Source of the DNA: Candidatus Magasanikiibacteriota bacterium
Lineage (GTDB): Bacteria > Patescibacteriota > Patescibacteriia > Magasanikbacterales > UBA922
Length of the DNA stretch: 64,000 nt
NCBI GenBank assembly: GCA_041674805.1
Contig: JBAYVA010000003.1
Location: 27,029-91,028, forward strand
Reading direction: 5' to 3'
The first letter of the stretch is position 1; each line of letters begins with the position of its first letter. The translations under genes and the position numbers were made by a program. Below, piece after piece: positions 29,607-39,159 of this stretch. The notes beneath the pieces were generated by a model. It did not search any database. It worked only from the letters and a program-made list of their open reading frames with translations, and was not told the origin of the DNA.

Positions 29607-30236
29607 ATGAAGAAAAAAATCTTACTATCCATACCGACACTATTATTATGTCTAATATCAGCCTTCATCTTTTTGATAGGCATTTATGGGAGTGGTTGGA
29701 ATAGAACCTACGTATTAACTGCCTTTCTAATATCAATTGTTCTAAACTTGATTTATTATTTCTGGTTATACAAAACAAAAAAAATTACAGGCAAGATAAT
29801 CTCTTTTTATATTCCTATAGCTTTTGTGTTTTTTGTTTTTTTCATATTTGCGATCATCTATAGATTCTGGATTGTAAGAGAAATTTATATCGATATGGGT
29901 CCAGATCCATTTGTACCAGAAACTAATATAACCAGTGGCATGCACGTTGGAATATGGCAAAAAGAATATTGGTTCAAATCTGCACAAGCAGATTATCGTT
30001 TACGTCATTTAAAAGAAATGCAAATTACTAGACAAGGAAGTCTTATTGGTCATATTGGTACAGACTTACAAGGTTGGACGGCAGAAGAAATAAAATATGC
30101 TTTTTATGAACCATCAAAAGTTATAAAAATTGCTGCAAATCTTGAAAAATGGATTTATCATCCTTGGACAAATCATACAGACTGGGAAATGCCAGTCTAT
30201 GTACAAGATGGTTTACTACTAAAAATTGGTGACTAA
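29607..30236 (+). CDS. Hypothetical membrane protein (3 TM) with small C-terminal soluble domain
   Basis: ORF with hydrophobic N-terminal half. Confidence 0.65.
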   Translation: MKKKILLSIPTLLLCLISAFIFLIGIYGSGWNRTYVLTAFLISIVLNLIYYFWLYKTKKITGKIISFYIPIAFVFFVFFIFAIIYRFWIVREIYIDMGPDPFVPETNITSGMHVGIWQKEYWFKSAQADYRLRHLKEMQITRQGSLIGHIGTDLQGWTAEEIKYAFYEPSKVIKIAANLEKWIYHPWTNHTDWEMPVYVQDGLLLKIGD

Positions 30237-30353
30237 TAAAAATACAAAAAACACTTTTTCCAAAACTAGTGTTTTTTATTTTACATTGACGCTTTCCCTG
30301 TGAGTGCTATACTTAAATATGTAAGCAAGATTAACTCACTAACCACAGATCAT

Positions 30354-31094
30354 ATGAATAGACAAGGCTTTACAAACACATTTTTACTCATAATAACTCT
30401 AGTCGTAGTAGCTGTCCTTGCTGGATCTTTTGTGTTTTTCCAAAAACAAAAGAATTCACCACCAACTGACACCAATATAGAAATCACAACCACTACCACC
30501 AAAATACCAACTCCACCAGTCGCAGAAACTACAATCACTCTTTCAGCTGACAAAAAAAGTATCATGGAAAATGACAAAGTTTTGCTAAAAATAGATAACG
30601 AAACAATTTTCAATTGGTTCAAAACAAAAAGTCAATTGTGCGAAGGCTATAATCTAACTAGCGCTCCTGACAGAGAAAAATTTTGTACAGACCAGGCTTC
30701 TTTCAAAAGCCAAACTAGATTTTCTTCTATTGTAGTCTCTACAGACAAAACCAAAGTAGGCTTCACGATAGAAAGCGATACTCTAACCCCTGACGAAGTA
30801 GTCGGGATTTTCTTGACTTCAAACAATAAGCTAGAATTACTTAGCAACTATTATCTTGGTAATGAATTCATCAGTTTTTCACCAGAAAATAATTACTTCG
30901 TTTACAAAGGTAATTGTTGGGAAGGATTGTGCGGACTTTTTGTAAAAGATGCGACTACACTAAAAGAAAAAATAAGCTTGAACAATCCAGAATTTTTGGA
31001 TATGAAAAGTGTGGATATAGATTTCATCAGATGGGTAACAGATACTAAAATAGAATACAAATTAGGCACCGAGACAAAACAAAGTTCTTTCTAA
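30354..31094 (+). CDS. Hypothetical exported protein with prepilin-like N-terminus and beta-propeller-like segment
   Basis: MNRQGF + TM helix + T/P linker; FSPENNYF. Confidence 0.65.
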   Translation: MNRQGFTNTFLLIITLVVVAVLAGSFVFFQKQKNSPPTDTNIEITTTTTKIPTPPVAETTITLSADKKSIMENDKVLLKIDNETIFNWFKTKSQLCEGYNLTSAPDREKFCTDQASFKSQTRFSSIVVSTDKTKVGFTIESDTLTPDEVVGIFLTSNNKLELLSNYYLGNEFISFSPENNYFVYKGNCWEGLCGLFVKDATTLKEKISLNNPEFLDMKSVDIDFIRWVTDTKIEYKLGTETKQSSF

Positions 31095-31192
31095 TTTTTT
31101 GGGATAAAAATGAAGACTACTAACATAATCGTTAGTGGTTTTTTCTTGTTAACTATAGAAATTAAACGATTAGTTCCAATTTATATAACTCA

Positions 31193-31320
31193 TGGGGAGT
31201 TTGAGGGGGAAACTGTTTGAGCTCCGTTGTTTGTCAATGATTACTTTGCCCTTGGCAACACAGGCGAGTTCTTTTCCCCTCAACAGTTTTTGTTACTTTT
31301 TGATGACAAAAAGTAAGGAC
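31193..31320. repeat. Small palindromic element (MITE-like)
   Basis: ttgaggggg..cccctcaa and ttactttttg..caaaaagtaa inverted repeats. Confidence 0.5.
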
Positions 31321-31425
31321 TATTCTGTAAAAATATTCCTTCAATCTTTTTATCAATGTTATTATCTAACTAAAAATCACACTTTATTCCAAATTCCGAC
31401 AAAAACTTTTAGTTAACATTTTATT

Positions 31426-31990
31426 ATCCAATATTGCCCAAATCTCCCCTATCTTGTATAATATTGTCATATAAACAAATAAAAGAACATTATAAAATAT
31501 GATTTACCAAGAACAACCAGAAGACTTTAACCCAAAATTTGAAGTAGTTAGTTGTTTTGTGGATTATGAAGGAAAAATACTTCTACTTCATAGGCAAGAC
31601 CACAAACCAGAAGGAAATACTTGGGGTGTTCCTGCCGGTAAAGTAGATGAAGGAGAAAAAATCTTAGATACTATAGTAAGAGAAATCAGAGAAGAAACAG
31701 GTTTGGAAATACCATCTTCCAAAATTTCTTATTTTGGTAAAGTCTATGTAAAATTTCCTAATTATGATTTTGTTTATCATATGTTTGATACCAAATTAAC
31801 TATCAAACCACAAATTACTATAAACAACACCGAACATAAAGATTATAAATGGATTTCTATATCAGAAGCTCTGGAGATGCCCTTAATACAAGACTTAGAT
31901 GATTGTATAAAGTTGTTTTATAAAATATAGTAATTCATAACTTTTTTTATGATCCAATATTGTTCAAATCTCCCCTATCTTGTATAATAT
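31426..31990 (+). repeat. 39-bp direct repeats (37/39 identical) containing a full sigma70 promoter, flanking the NUDIX gene
   Basis: 31426-31464 and 31952-31990: atccaatattg(cc/tt)caaatctcccctatcttgtataatat. Confidence 0.85.
31499..31930 (+). CDS. NUDIX hydrolase
   Basis: PAGKVDEGE....IVREIREETGL. Confidence 0.92.
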   Translation: MIYQEQPEDFNPKFEVVSCFVDYEGKILLLHRQDHKPEGNTWGVPAGKVDEGEKILDTIVREIREETGLEIPSSKISYFGKVYVKFPNYDFVYHMFDTKLTIKPQITINNTEHKDYKWISISEALEMPLIQDLDDCIKLFYKI

Positions 31991-32009
31991 ACTCACTAAT
32001 CAATATATT

Positions 32010-32312
32010 ATGAACAAAGAACAAAAGTATAATGAAAAATCTATTCTCACCTTAATATTGGCTTTATCTCCATATTTATTACCTTATCTGTTAAAAATAT
32101 TCCATAATTCAAACATAATAACAATGATAATTTATATACTAGGCCAAATATTGGGAATCATTGGCTTAATATTAGGTATAAAAATACTTAAAGAAAATAA
32201 AAAAAATATATTTGCAATTATTTCAATTATTCTTGGTGTCTGCACAATAATTCTTTTTATATTTGCTACACTTGTTGCACTTTCCGGAAGTTATTCTTCC
32301 AATATATATTAA
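32010..32312 (+). CDS. Small membrane protein (DUF4190-like)
   Basis: Three hydrophobic helices, IIGLILG..K..AIISIILG. Confidence 0.55.
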   Translation: MNKEQKYNEKSILTLILALSPYLLPYLLKIFHNSNIITMIIYILGQILGIIGLILGIKILKENKKNIFAIISIILGVCTIILFIFATLVALSGSYSSNIY

Positions 32313-32334
32313 AATTATTAGTAATTGAACAAAC

Positions 32335-33051
32335 ATGATAAACAAACCCAAACAAGAGCTTCTCGCTCGCCTCAAAAAAATCCAAGAAAGTCTTGTCAAA
32401 ACCAAAGATATAGAAATGAAAAAACTCTCTGAAATGGGAGATGAAATCGTCTCTGCTTTTGAACGCGCTATGAATGCTCTCGACGCCAAGACCAATATCT
32501 TGACCGAACTAAAAGCAAAAAAGGAACAGATGAAAAAATGGAAATTGAGCTGGATCAAAAGTTTTTTTCCCATCAATTTTCGTTATCTACTCAGTATGCC
32601 TTTTATCTACGGCATGATTATACCAGGGATTATTTTTCATTTTTGTCTTGAAATATATCATCGTGTTTCTTTTCGCTTTTACGGCATTCCTCGTGTGAGA
32701 GCTCGTGATTATTTCATTTACGACCGACATCTTCTTCCCTATCTCAACTGGTTTGAAAAAATAAATTGTTTTTACTGTAGTTATTTCAACAATCTTTTGC
32801 GCTTCGCCACTGAAGTCGCTGGACGTACCGAACGTTACTGGTGCCCTATTAAATACGCGAGACGAGTAACTAAGACTCATTCTCAATATAATAAGTTTGT
32901 TGATTATCTCGATGCTCCTCACTTCCGCGAAAAATGGGAAGAACTGCGTGACTTTTCTGATATTGTAGAGGAAGAAAAATCCTCCGCTAATAAAATTATT
33001 GAAGATGATGAAGATTGTGAAGATTGTGATTTTATTGAAAAGAAAAAATAA
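32335..33051 (+). CDS. Conserved hypothetical membrane protein with Cys-rich motif
   Basis: EKINCFYCSYFN..EVAGRTERYWCPIKYARR; N-terminal coiled coil. Confidence 0.7.
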   Translation: MINKPKQELLARLKKIQESLVKTKDIEMKKLSEMGDEIVSAFERAMNALDAKTNILTELKAKKEQMKKWKLSWIKSFFPINFRYLLSMPFIYGMIIPGIIFHFCLEIYHRVSFRFYGIPRVRARDYFIYDRHLLPYLNWFEKINCFYCSYFNNLLRFATEVAGRTERYWCPIKYARRVTKTHSQYNKFVDYLDAPHFREKWEELRDFSDIVEEEKSSANKIIEDDEDCEDCDFIEKKK

Positions 33052-33114
33052 ATAAAACATTTTAAGCCTTTTGAGCCTTTCAAGCTTTTCAGGAATTTTC
33101 AGCCTTTTAACAAT

Positions 33115-33567
33115 ATGAAACTTACTTCCAAACTATTACTTTCATTCATCTTAGTTTTTTCTTTCTTTATGACCACCCAATCCGTCTCTGCCAAAATTGC
33201 TGGCACACCAGAACCAACAAATGTAAATTATAATGAACTAGAATTTTCTGCACCACAAAATCACATGGGCTATGTTGAAGCTCGAGACAAAAATAATAAT
33301 AAAGTTTGGGAAAAAGAACTTTATAAAGTAGAAATAGATCCAAATCTAGAAACCGATGTCCAATGGGTATTCATAAATAAATTGGAAATACTAGATGGAA
33401 TGCTAATTGCGACTAATGATAAAAACGAAAAATATTCAGTAGATTTGACAAAAGAATTCTCAGATTCAGAACAATACAACAAACAAAATATTCTCTACCC
33501 TATTGTTATTATATCTATAATAATTTTATTTGCTCTTGCTTACTTCATTATCAAAACAAAAAAATAA
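33115..33567 (+). CDS. Hypothetical secreted protein with C-terminal membrane anchor
   Basis: Signal peptide ..VSA, C-terminal TM followed by Lys. Confidence 0.7.
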   Translation: MKLTSKLLLSFILVFSFFMTTQSVSAKIAGTPEPTNVNYNELEFSAPQNHMGYVEARDKNNNKVWEKELYKVEIDPNLETDVQWVFINKLEILDGMLIATNDKNEKYSVDLTKEFSDSEQYNKQNILYPIVIISIIILFALAYFIIKTKK

Positions 33568-33577
33568 TACAAAAAAT

Positions 33578-33928
33578 ATGCAAGAAGAAAATTTACCACA
33601 AAAAAATAGTATTTGGAGAAATCGTATTCTTTGGACGGTTGGATTATATTTTTTAATAGGACTAATATTCTTTTTATTTGGACACTTTTTAGACTACAAA
33701 GCAGCAAATTCACCTCTTGTAATTTTTATGTGGGGTCTTTTTTTAGTTATGGCTTTTGTTATACCAATATATCTTATTCCATTGATTCCTATTTTCATAC
33801 TGTACTTTTATATAATAAAAAATATAAAAGTTCTAAATAATACAAAATTTCTAATATTAACAATAATATTTTTTTCTTTGCTCTTGTTAATTATTCCTTC
33901 TTGTTCAAATAAATTAAGTAGCTTCTAA
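33578..33928 (+). CDS. Hypothetical membrane protein
   Basis: Hydrophobic ORF followed by a terminator at ~33932-33963. Confidence 0.55.
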   Translation: MQEENLPQKNSIWRNRILWTVGLYFLIGLIFFLFGHFLDYKAANSPLVIFMWGLFLVMAFVIPIYLIPLIPIFILYFYIIKNIKVLNNTKFLILTIIFFSLLLLIIPSCSNKLSSF

Positions 33929-34038
33929 TACAAAAAACACCAATCTTTATATTGGTGTTTTTTGTTTAAAATAAGCCCATATTGCCTAAATTAAAGCTTT
34001 TTGATATATTAAGAGTAACATAAAAGTTAATAATAAAT

Positions 34039-35520
34039 ATGCCTCATAGAAATCAGACAATTAATGGTCTTATAAAAATTATAGAATCTTACGACAAAAA
34101 AGCTGATTTCGAAATGATTAGACTTGTTTATGATTATGCCAAAGAAGCTCACGAAGGACAATTCCGTAAATCTGGTGAACCTTATATCACTCACCCACTT
34201 GCCGCTGCCTACATACTGGCAAACATGTCTATTGATCCTGTTATTATTATGGCGACATTACTTCATGACGTACCAGAAGATACAGATAGAACTCTTGAAG
34301 ATATAGAAAAAAACTTTGGAGCCGAAATAGCTTCACTAGTCAAAGGTATTACCAAACTTGGTAAATTAAAATATCGTGGTGTCGAAAGATATATAGAAAA
34401 TTTGCGCAAAATGTTTATTGCTATGGCTGAAGACGTACGTGTCATGATTATCAAGTTTGCTGATAGAATACACAATTTATCCACATTAGATTCACTTCCT
34501 CCACAAAAAAGATACCGCATAGCTTTGGAAAGTTTGGAAATTTATGCACCTATTGCTAGCCGTCTTGGTATGGATGAAATGAAAGGTCAATTAGAAGATT
34601 TGTCTTTCAAATTTATTTATCCAAAAGAATATGAACGTGTAAAAAAATTAAGAGATGAAAAACTCAAAGGCAAAGAAAAATACTTCAAACATTTGATGGA
34701 TATTACTCAACAAGAATTAGAAAAATCTAATATCTCTATTATTTCTATTCACGGTAGAAACAAAAAATTATACAGTCTATACAAAAAATTATTAGACAAA
34801 GACAATGACGTTGAAAGAATTTATGACATTGTAGCTTTACGTATTGTCGTAGACAACATTGCCAAATGTTATGCTACACTTGGTATATTACACAGTATTT
34901 GGAAACCAATAAAAGGTAGAATAAAAGATTATATTGCACAACCAAAACCAAATGGATATCAATCTTTACACACTACCGTATTTGCTGAAGGTGGCAAACC
35001 CGTTGAATTTCAAATTCGTACTTTAGAAATGCATGAAGATGCTGAATATGGTATTGCTGCCCATTGGCACTATGATGAAAATGGTAGTAGAAGACCACAA
35101 AAAGAAATAAAATGGGTTCAAGAATTAGCTCAAATACAAAAAGATATTTTGAACAAATTATCAGATTTAGAAGAAATGAAAGTAGATTTTTTACAAAGTA
35201 GAATTTTTGTTTTTACACCCAAAGGTGATGTGATAGATTTGCCAGAAGGTGCTACACCTGTTGATTTTGCTTATCATATTCACTCCGACATTGGCAACAA
35301 ATGTGTAGCTTCACTTGTAAATGACAAAATGGTTAGTCTAGATACTATGCTTAGAAATGGTGACATAGTGGATATAACTACAGACAAAAATCGCAAAGGA
35401 CCAAGTCCTGATTGGATAAAATTTGTCAAAACTCACACTGCAAAAAATCATATCATCAATTTTACCAAACAAAAAAATATTGGCATTGCTCGTTTCTTTC
35501 ATATACTACCAAAAAAATAA
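34039..35520 (+). CDS. rel: RelA/SpoT homolog (HD + synthetase + TGS, short C-terminus)
   Basis: RKSGEPYITHP, LLHDVPEDT, ADRIHN, NGYQSLHT, EFQIRT, TPVDFAYHIH. Confidence 0.93.
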   Translation: MPHRNQTINGLIKIIESYDKKADFEMIRLVYDYAKEAHEGQFRKSGEPYITHPLAAAYILANMSIDPVIIMATLLHDVPEDTDRTLEDIEKNFGAEIASLVKGITKLGKLKYRGVERYIENLRKMFIAMAEDVRVMIIKFADRIHNLSTLDSLPPQKRYRIALESLEIYAPIASRLGMDEMKGQLEDLSFKFIYPKEYERVKKLRDEKLKGKEKYFKHLMDITQQELEKSNISIISIHGRNKKLYSLYKKLLDKDNDVERIYDIVALRIVVDNIAKCYATLGILHSIWKPIKGRIKDYIAQPKPNGYQSLHTTVFAEGGKPVEFQIRTLEMHEDAEYGIAAHWHYDENGSRRPQKEIKWVQELAQIQKDILNKLSDLEEMKVDFLQSRIFVFTPKGDVIDLPEGATPVDFAYHIHSDIGNKCVASLVNDKMVSLDTMLRNGDIVDITTDKNRKGPSPDWIKFVKTHTAKNHIINFTKQKNIGIARFFHILPKK

Positions 35521-35527
35521 TAAAATA

Positions 35528-35562
35528 AAAAACAGTCCCAATTTTATCGGGACTGTTTTTTT
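35528..35562. terminator. Bidirectional terminator built on the GTCCC..GGGAC hairpin repeat
   Basis: aaaaacagtccc-aattttatc-gggactgttttttt between convergent rel and parB. Confidence 0.8.
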
Positions 35563-35575
35563 ATTTTTGAATGAA

Positions 35576-36430
35576 CTAAATCAACTCTGAAATCAATCTC
35601 TTCAATTCTTCCATAGAACTAAAATCTATAGTTATTTTTCCTCTTTTATTAGTATTCAAAGTAATTGTAATTTTTGAACCAAATTTTTCTTCCAACATTT
35701 TTTCTTGAGCAGAAATATTTGGATCTTTGTAATTTATATTATTATTTTTTTTCAAAGCAACTTTACTTTCTACTTCACGCACACTCATCTTCTGACCTAT
35801 CATACTTTCAAACATATCCAATTGTTCATCTTCATTCTTGAGACTAAGTATAGCACGTGCTTTACCTGCGCTTATATCACCTTTGATAAGAGCTTCTTGT
35901 ATCTTTTGTGGTAAATCCAAAAGTCTAATAGTGTTGGCAATTGCCGGGCGACTTTTACCAAGTTGTTCAGCTGCTTGTTCTTGAGTCAAATTGAATTCTT
36001 CTATAAGACGAGCATAAGCATAAGCTTCTTCTATTGGATTCAAATCATGTCTTTGAATATTTTCTATCAAAGCCAATTCCAATTTTTCTTGTTGTGTTGC
36101 ACTACGTACCAAAGCAGGTACCGTATTTAATCCTGCTAAACCAGCAGCTCGCAAACGTCTTTCACCAGCAATCAATTCGTAACCACCTTCTTGTCTTTCT
36201 GTGACAACAAGTGGTTGCATAATACCATGTTTTTTGATGGACAAGACAAGACTTTGTAATTCTTCTTCATTGAATTCTTTTCTTGGTTGTTCGGGATTTG
36301 GAACAATGTCTGATATATTTAAATGCCAAACTCTATCATCACCACCAACGATACCTGTCTCTCTACGAATAATATTTCTTACTTTTTGTTGTTGTGGTAT
36401 AAGTGAGTTGAGACCTTTTCCGAGTGCCAT
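35576..36430 (-). CDS. parB: Chromosome partitioning protein ParB/Spo0J
   Basis: LGKGL, PNPEQPRK, IAGERRLRA, ENIQRHDL. Confidence 0.96.
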   Translation of the reverse strand: MALGKGLNSLIPQQQKVRNIIRRETGIVGGDDRVWHLNISDIVPNPEQPRKEFNEEELQSLVLSIKKHGIMQPLVVTERQEGGYELIAGERRLRAAGLAGLNTVPALVRSATQQEKLELALIENIQRHDLNPIEEAYAYARLIEEFNLTQEQAAEQLGKSRPAIANTIRLLDLPQKIQEALIKGDISAGKARAILSLKNEDEQLDMFESMIGQKMSVREVESKVALKKNNNINYKDPNISAQEKMLEEKFGSKITITLNTNKRGKITIDFSSMEELKRLISELI

Positions 36431-36485
36431 ACTTTGTAGTTAAAAGTTTATAAAGTTTGTAAAGTTATAAAGTTACTTATTCTGC

Positions 36486-37262
36486 TTACTTTGCTTGTTC
36501 ATTATGTTTTTCTACCAATTCTCTTGCCAGTCTTTCATAAGCTTTGGCACCTTTGCCACGAGGTTCATAATGAAAAATAGATTGACCAAAACTTGGAGCT
36601 TCTGCTAATTTTACAGTACGTGGAATTACTGAACGAAAAATATTATTTGGAAAATATTTATAAAGTTCATTCATTATTTCAGTAGAAAGTTTGGTACGTT
36701 TGTCAAACATAGTAAGTACTGCACCCAAAATACCCAGGTTAGGATGAATATGTGTTCTTACTAATTCTACTGTTTTGAGTAACTGTCCAAGACCTTCCAA
36801 AGCATAATATTCTGCTTGTACAGGAATAAGAAGCTCATCAGCTGCTACCAAGCCATTGATAGTCAAAAGACCAAGAGATGGTGGACAATCTATAATAATA
36901 TAATCATAAGCATGAGAAACTTCAGCCAATAAATCACGCAATTGAAATTCTCTATTTTCTACACTTACTAGTTCAATAGACGCACCTGCTAAATTTTGGG
37001 TAGCCGGAACAACACGCAAACCTTCATGGGCTGTATTATACATTACATCATGAATTCTTTTTTGTTTTGCCAAAGCTTCATAAATACCATTTTCTATACT
37101 ATCCTTACTAATACCCAGACCACTACTAGCATTACCTTGTGGATCCAAATCTACCAATAAAACAAATTTTCCCATTTCAGCCAAAAAGGCAGATAAATTG
37201 ATAGCAGTAGTTGTCTTACCTACACCACCTTTTTGATTGACAACAGAGATAATTTTTGACAT
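36486..37262 (-). CDS. parA: Chromosome partitioning ATPase ParA/Soj
   Basis: NQKGGVGKTTT, DLDPQGN, DCPPSLG, LAEAPSFG. Confidence 0.96.
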   Translation of the reverse strand: MSKIISVVNQKGGVGKTTTAINLSAFLAEMGKFVLLVDLDPQGNASSGLGISKDSIENGIYEALAKQKRIHDVMYNTAHEGLRVVPATQNLAGASIELVSVENREFQLRDLLAEVSHAYDYIIIDCPPSLGLLTINGLVAADELLIPVQAEYYALEGLGQLLKTVELVRTHIHPNLGILGAVLTMFDKRTKLSTEIMNELYKYFPNNIFRSVIPRTVKLAEAPSFGQSIFHYEPRGKGAKAYERLARELVEKHNEQAK

Positions 37263-37324
37263 ATTCAAAATTTAGTTTATAGACTTTATAAACAATTTAC
37301 TAACTAAAATCATTATAACAAATA

Positions 37325-37353
37325 TTGACAAATTTCACAATAATCTATATAAT
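37325..37353 (+). promoter_or_regulatory. Consensus sigma70 promoter of tRNA-Leu
   Basis: TTGACA-17-TATAAT. Confidence 0.85.
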
Positions 37354-37370
37354 GTAAAAACAATAAATAA

Positions 37371-37453
37371 GCCCGAATGGCGGAACTGGTAGACGCGCAC
37401 GACTCAAAATCGTGTTCCTTCTGGGAGTGAGAGTTCGATTCTCTCTTTGGGCA
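37371..37453 (+). tRNA. tRNA-Leu(CAA)
   Basis: GCCCGAA..CACGA-CTCAAAA-TCGTG, long variable arm, GAGAG-TTCGATT-CTCTC. Confidence 0.93.
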
Positions 37454-37570
37454 CAACAATAGTTTGTAAAGTTAAAAGTTTATAAAGTAAAAAGTTACTT
37501 TATAAAAAATACTTTATAACTTTATGAAATTTTCAGACCAAGACTTGGGCTGAATGAACTTTTAAATTCA

Positions 37571-38533
37571 ATGCCTTACTATTACGATTTGTTAATAGCT
37601 ATCATGATAATTACAACTGCACTACCTGCAGTAATTTTTTTGTATAATCTTTTCAACAAAAAAAACACTTGGGAAAAAAGACACAAAAAATTAACTATAT
37701 CTTTTTCTACAATTTTATTTTTAGGAACAACTATTTTGATTTGGGGTAGTTTTATTGAATCAAAATTATTGTTAGTCAACAAACAAAATATTGATTTAAC
37801 ACAAATAAATCAAGAAATAAAAATAGCTTTTGTTTCAGATATTCATGCTGGACCATACAAAAAAACAAAATGGGTAGAAAAAATAGTACAAAAAATTTTA
37901 GAACAAAAACCAGATATTATCTTAATTGGTGGTGATGATTTGTACAACAGTGATTACAATGAACAAGAATTAAATTATTTGTCCCCTCTTCAAAATTTAA
38001 CAAAACAAATTCCAACTTATGCTATCGCAGGTAACCATGAATATGGTATTGGAGATGGCAAGGCTACAAAAAGTCGTACCGCAGATTGGAGTAAAGAACA
38101 TGCTCAAAAATTACAAAAACTAGGTATCAATTACTTAGAAAATAATTTGAAACTACTAAACATAAAAAATCAAAATATATATCTTTTTGGAGGTGATTCT
38201 ATTTTGGCACAAAAACTTGATTATCAAATATTAAATACCCGAGAAAAAAATATACCAACAATAGCTCTAATTCATAATCCAGCTTTTTTATTCAAAACTA
38301 CTTACCCAAAATTTGATTTGACACTCTCAGGACATACTCATGGTGGACAAATTCGTTTACCTTTTTTAGGACCTATCGGACGAGTAGACAGTATCATCCC
38401 AGCCGATTTTTACCAAGGTTTACATAAGCAAATTAATGGTACTTATAATTTTATTTCTAGTGGAGCTGGTGAAAGTGGACCAAGAGCCAGACTTTTTAAT
38501 CCACCAGAAATTGTACTTATCACAATCAAATAA
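37571..38533 (+). CDS. Membrane-anchored metallophosphoesterase (YkuE-like)
   Basis: SDIH, GGD, GNHE, HNP, SGHTHGGQ. Confidence 0.9.
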   Translation: MPYYYDLLIAIMIITTALPAVIFLYNLFNKKNTWEKRHKKLTISFSTILFLGTTILIWGSFIESKLLLVNKQNIDLTQINQEIKIAFVSDIHAGPYKKTKWVEKIVQKILEQKPDIILIGGDDLYNSDYNEQELNYLSPLQNLTKQIPTYAIAGNHEYGIGDGKATKSRTADWSKEHAQKLQKLGINYLENNLKLLNIKNQNIYLFGGDSILAQKLDYQILNTREKNIPTIALIHNPAFLFKTTYPKFDLTLSGHTHGGQIRLPFLGPIGRVDSIIPADFYQGLHKQINGTYNFISSGAGESGPRARLFNPPEIVLITIK

Positions 38534-38646
38534 AAATAATATTTTATCAAAAAAATACAATATTATATAAAAAAAACTACTTTATTTAAAGCAGTTTTTT
38601 TATTATATCATCCCACATTTTTATGCGTCAATCTCAATTTTAAAAT

Positions 38647-39150
38647 TTAAGAAAATATACTTCTAATAGTTCCTCCAGCAAACAAAGTTATCAAAGTTAC
38701 AATAGTAGCAGCCATACAAACACCTGCCAAAATTAATGGCCAAGATTTTTTTAAAGGAATATTGAAAATAAAAGCAGCCATAGAACCAGTCCAACTACCA
38801 GTAAAAGGTAAAGGAATACCTACAAAAATTATCAATCCCAAAGCACCATATTTATCATAATTACGAGCAAAAGCTTTTTCAGCTTGCTGTAATTTTTTGT
38901 TGAACATGTTACCAAATATTTTTGATTTTTGAAAAAAATTATTTAATTTTGGCATCATCCAAAGTATAAATAAAGCCGGCAAAAAATCTCCAATAACTGC
39001 TATAATCCAAACTTTCCAAATTTCTAACTTGTAAGCTTCAATTCCGATAGGTATAGAAGCACGCAACTCTGTAATAGGAATCATGGACAAAAAAAATACT
39101 GCCCAATAATGATTTACATTTGAAAAAAATTGTATAATTTCATTGACCAT
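38647..39150 (-). CDS. Putative small multi-drug export family membrane protein
   Basis: SMIPITELRASIP..FVGIPLPFTGSWTG. Confidence 0.85.
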   Translation of the reverse strand: MVNEIIQFFSNVNHYWAVFFLSMIPITELRASIPIGIEAYKLEIWKVWIIAVIGDFLPALFILWMMPKLNNFFQKSKIFGNMFNKKLQQAEKAFARNYDKYGALGLIIFVGIPLPFTGSWTGSMAAFIFNIPLKKSWPLILAGVCMAATIVTLITLFAGGTIRSIFS

Positions 39151-39159
39151 AAAATAAAA

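Noticed and set aside
27876-33928. Integron cassette array
   Set aside because: No intI and no attC-like RYYYAAC..GTTRRRY sites recognised; genes carry their own promoters
35576-37262. parS site or plasmid origin near parAB
   Set aside because: No TGTTTCACGTGAAACA-like palindrome seen; context is chromosomal housekeeping
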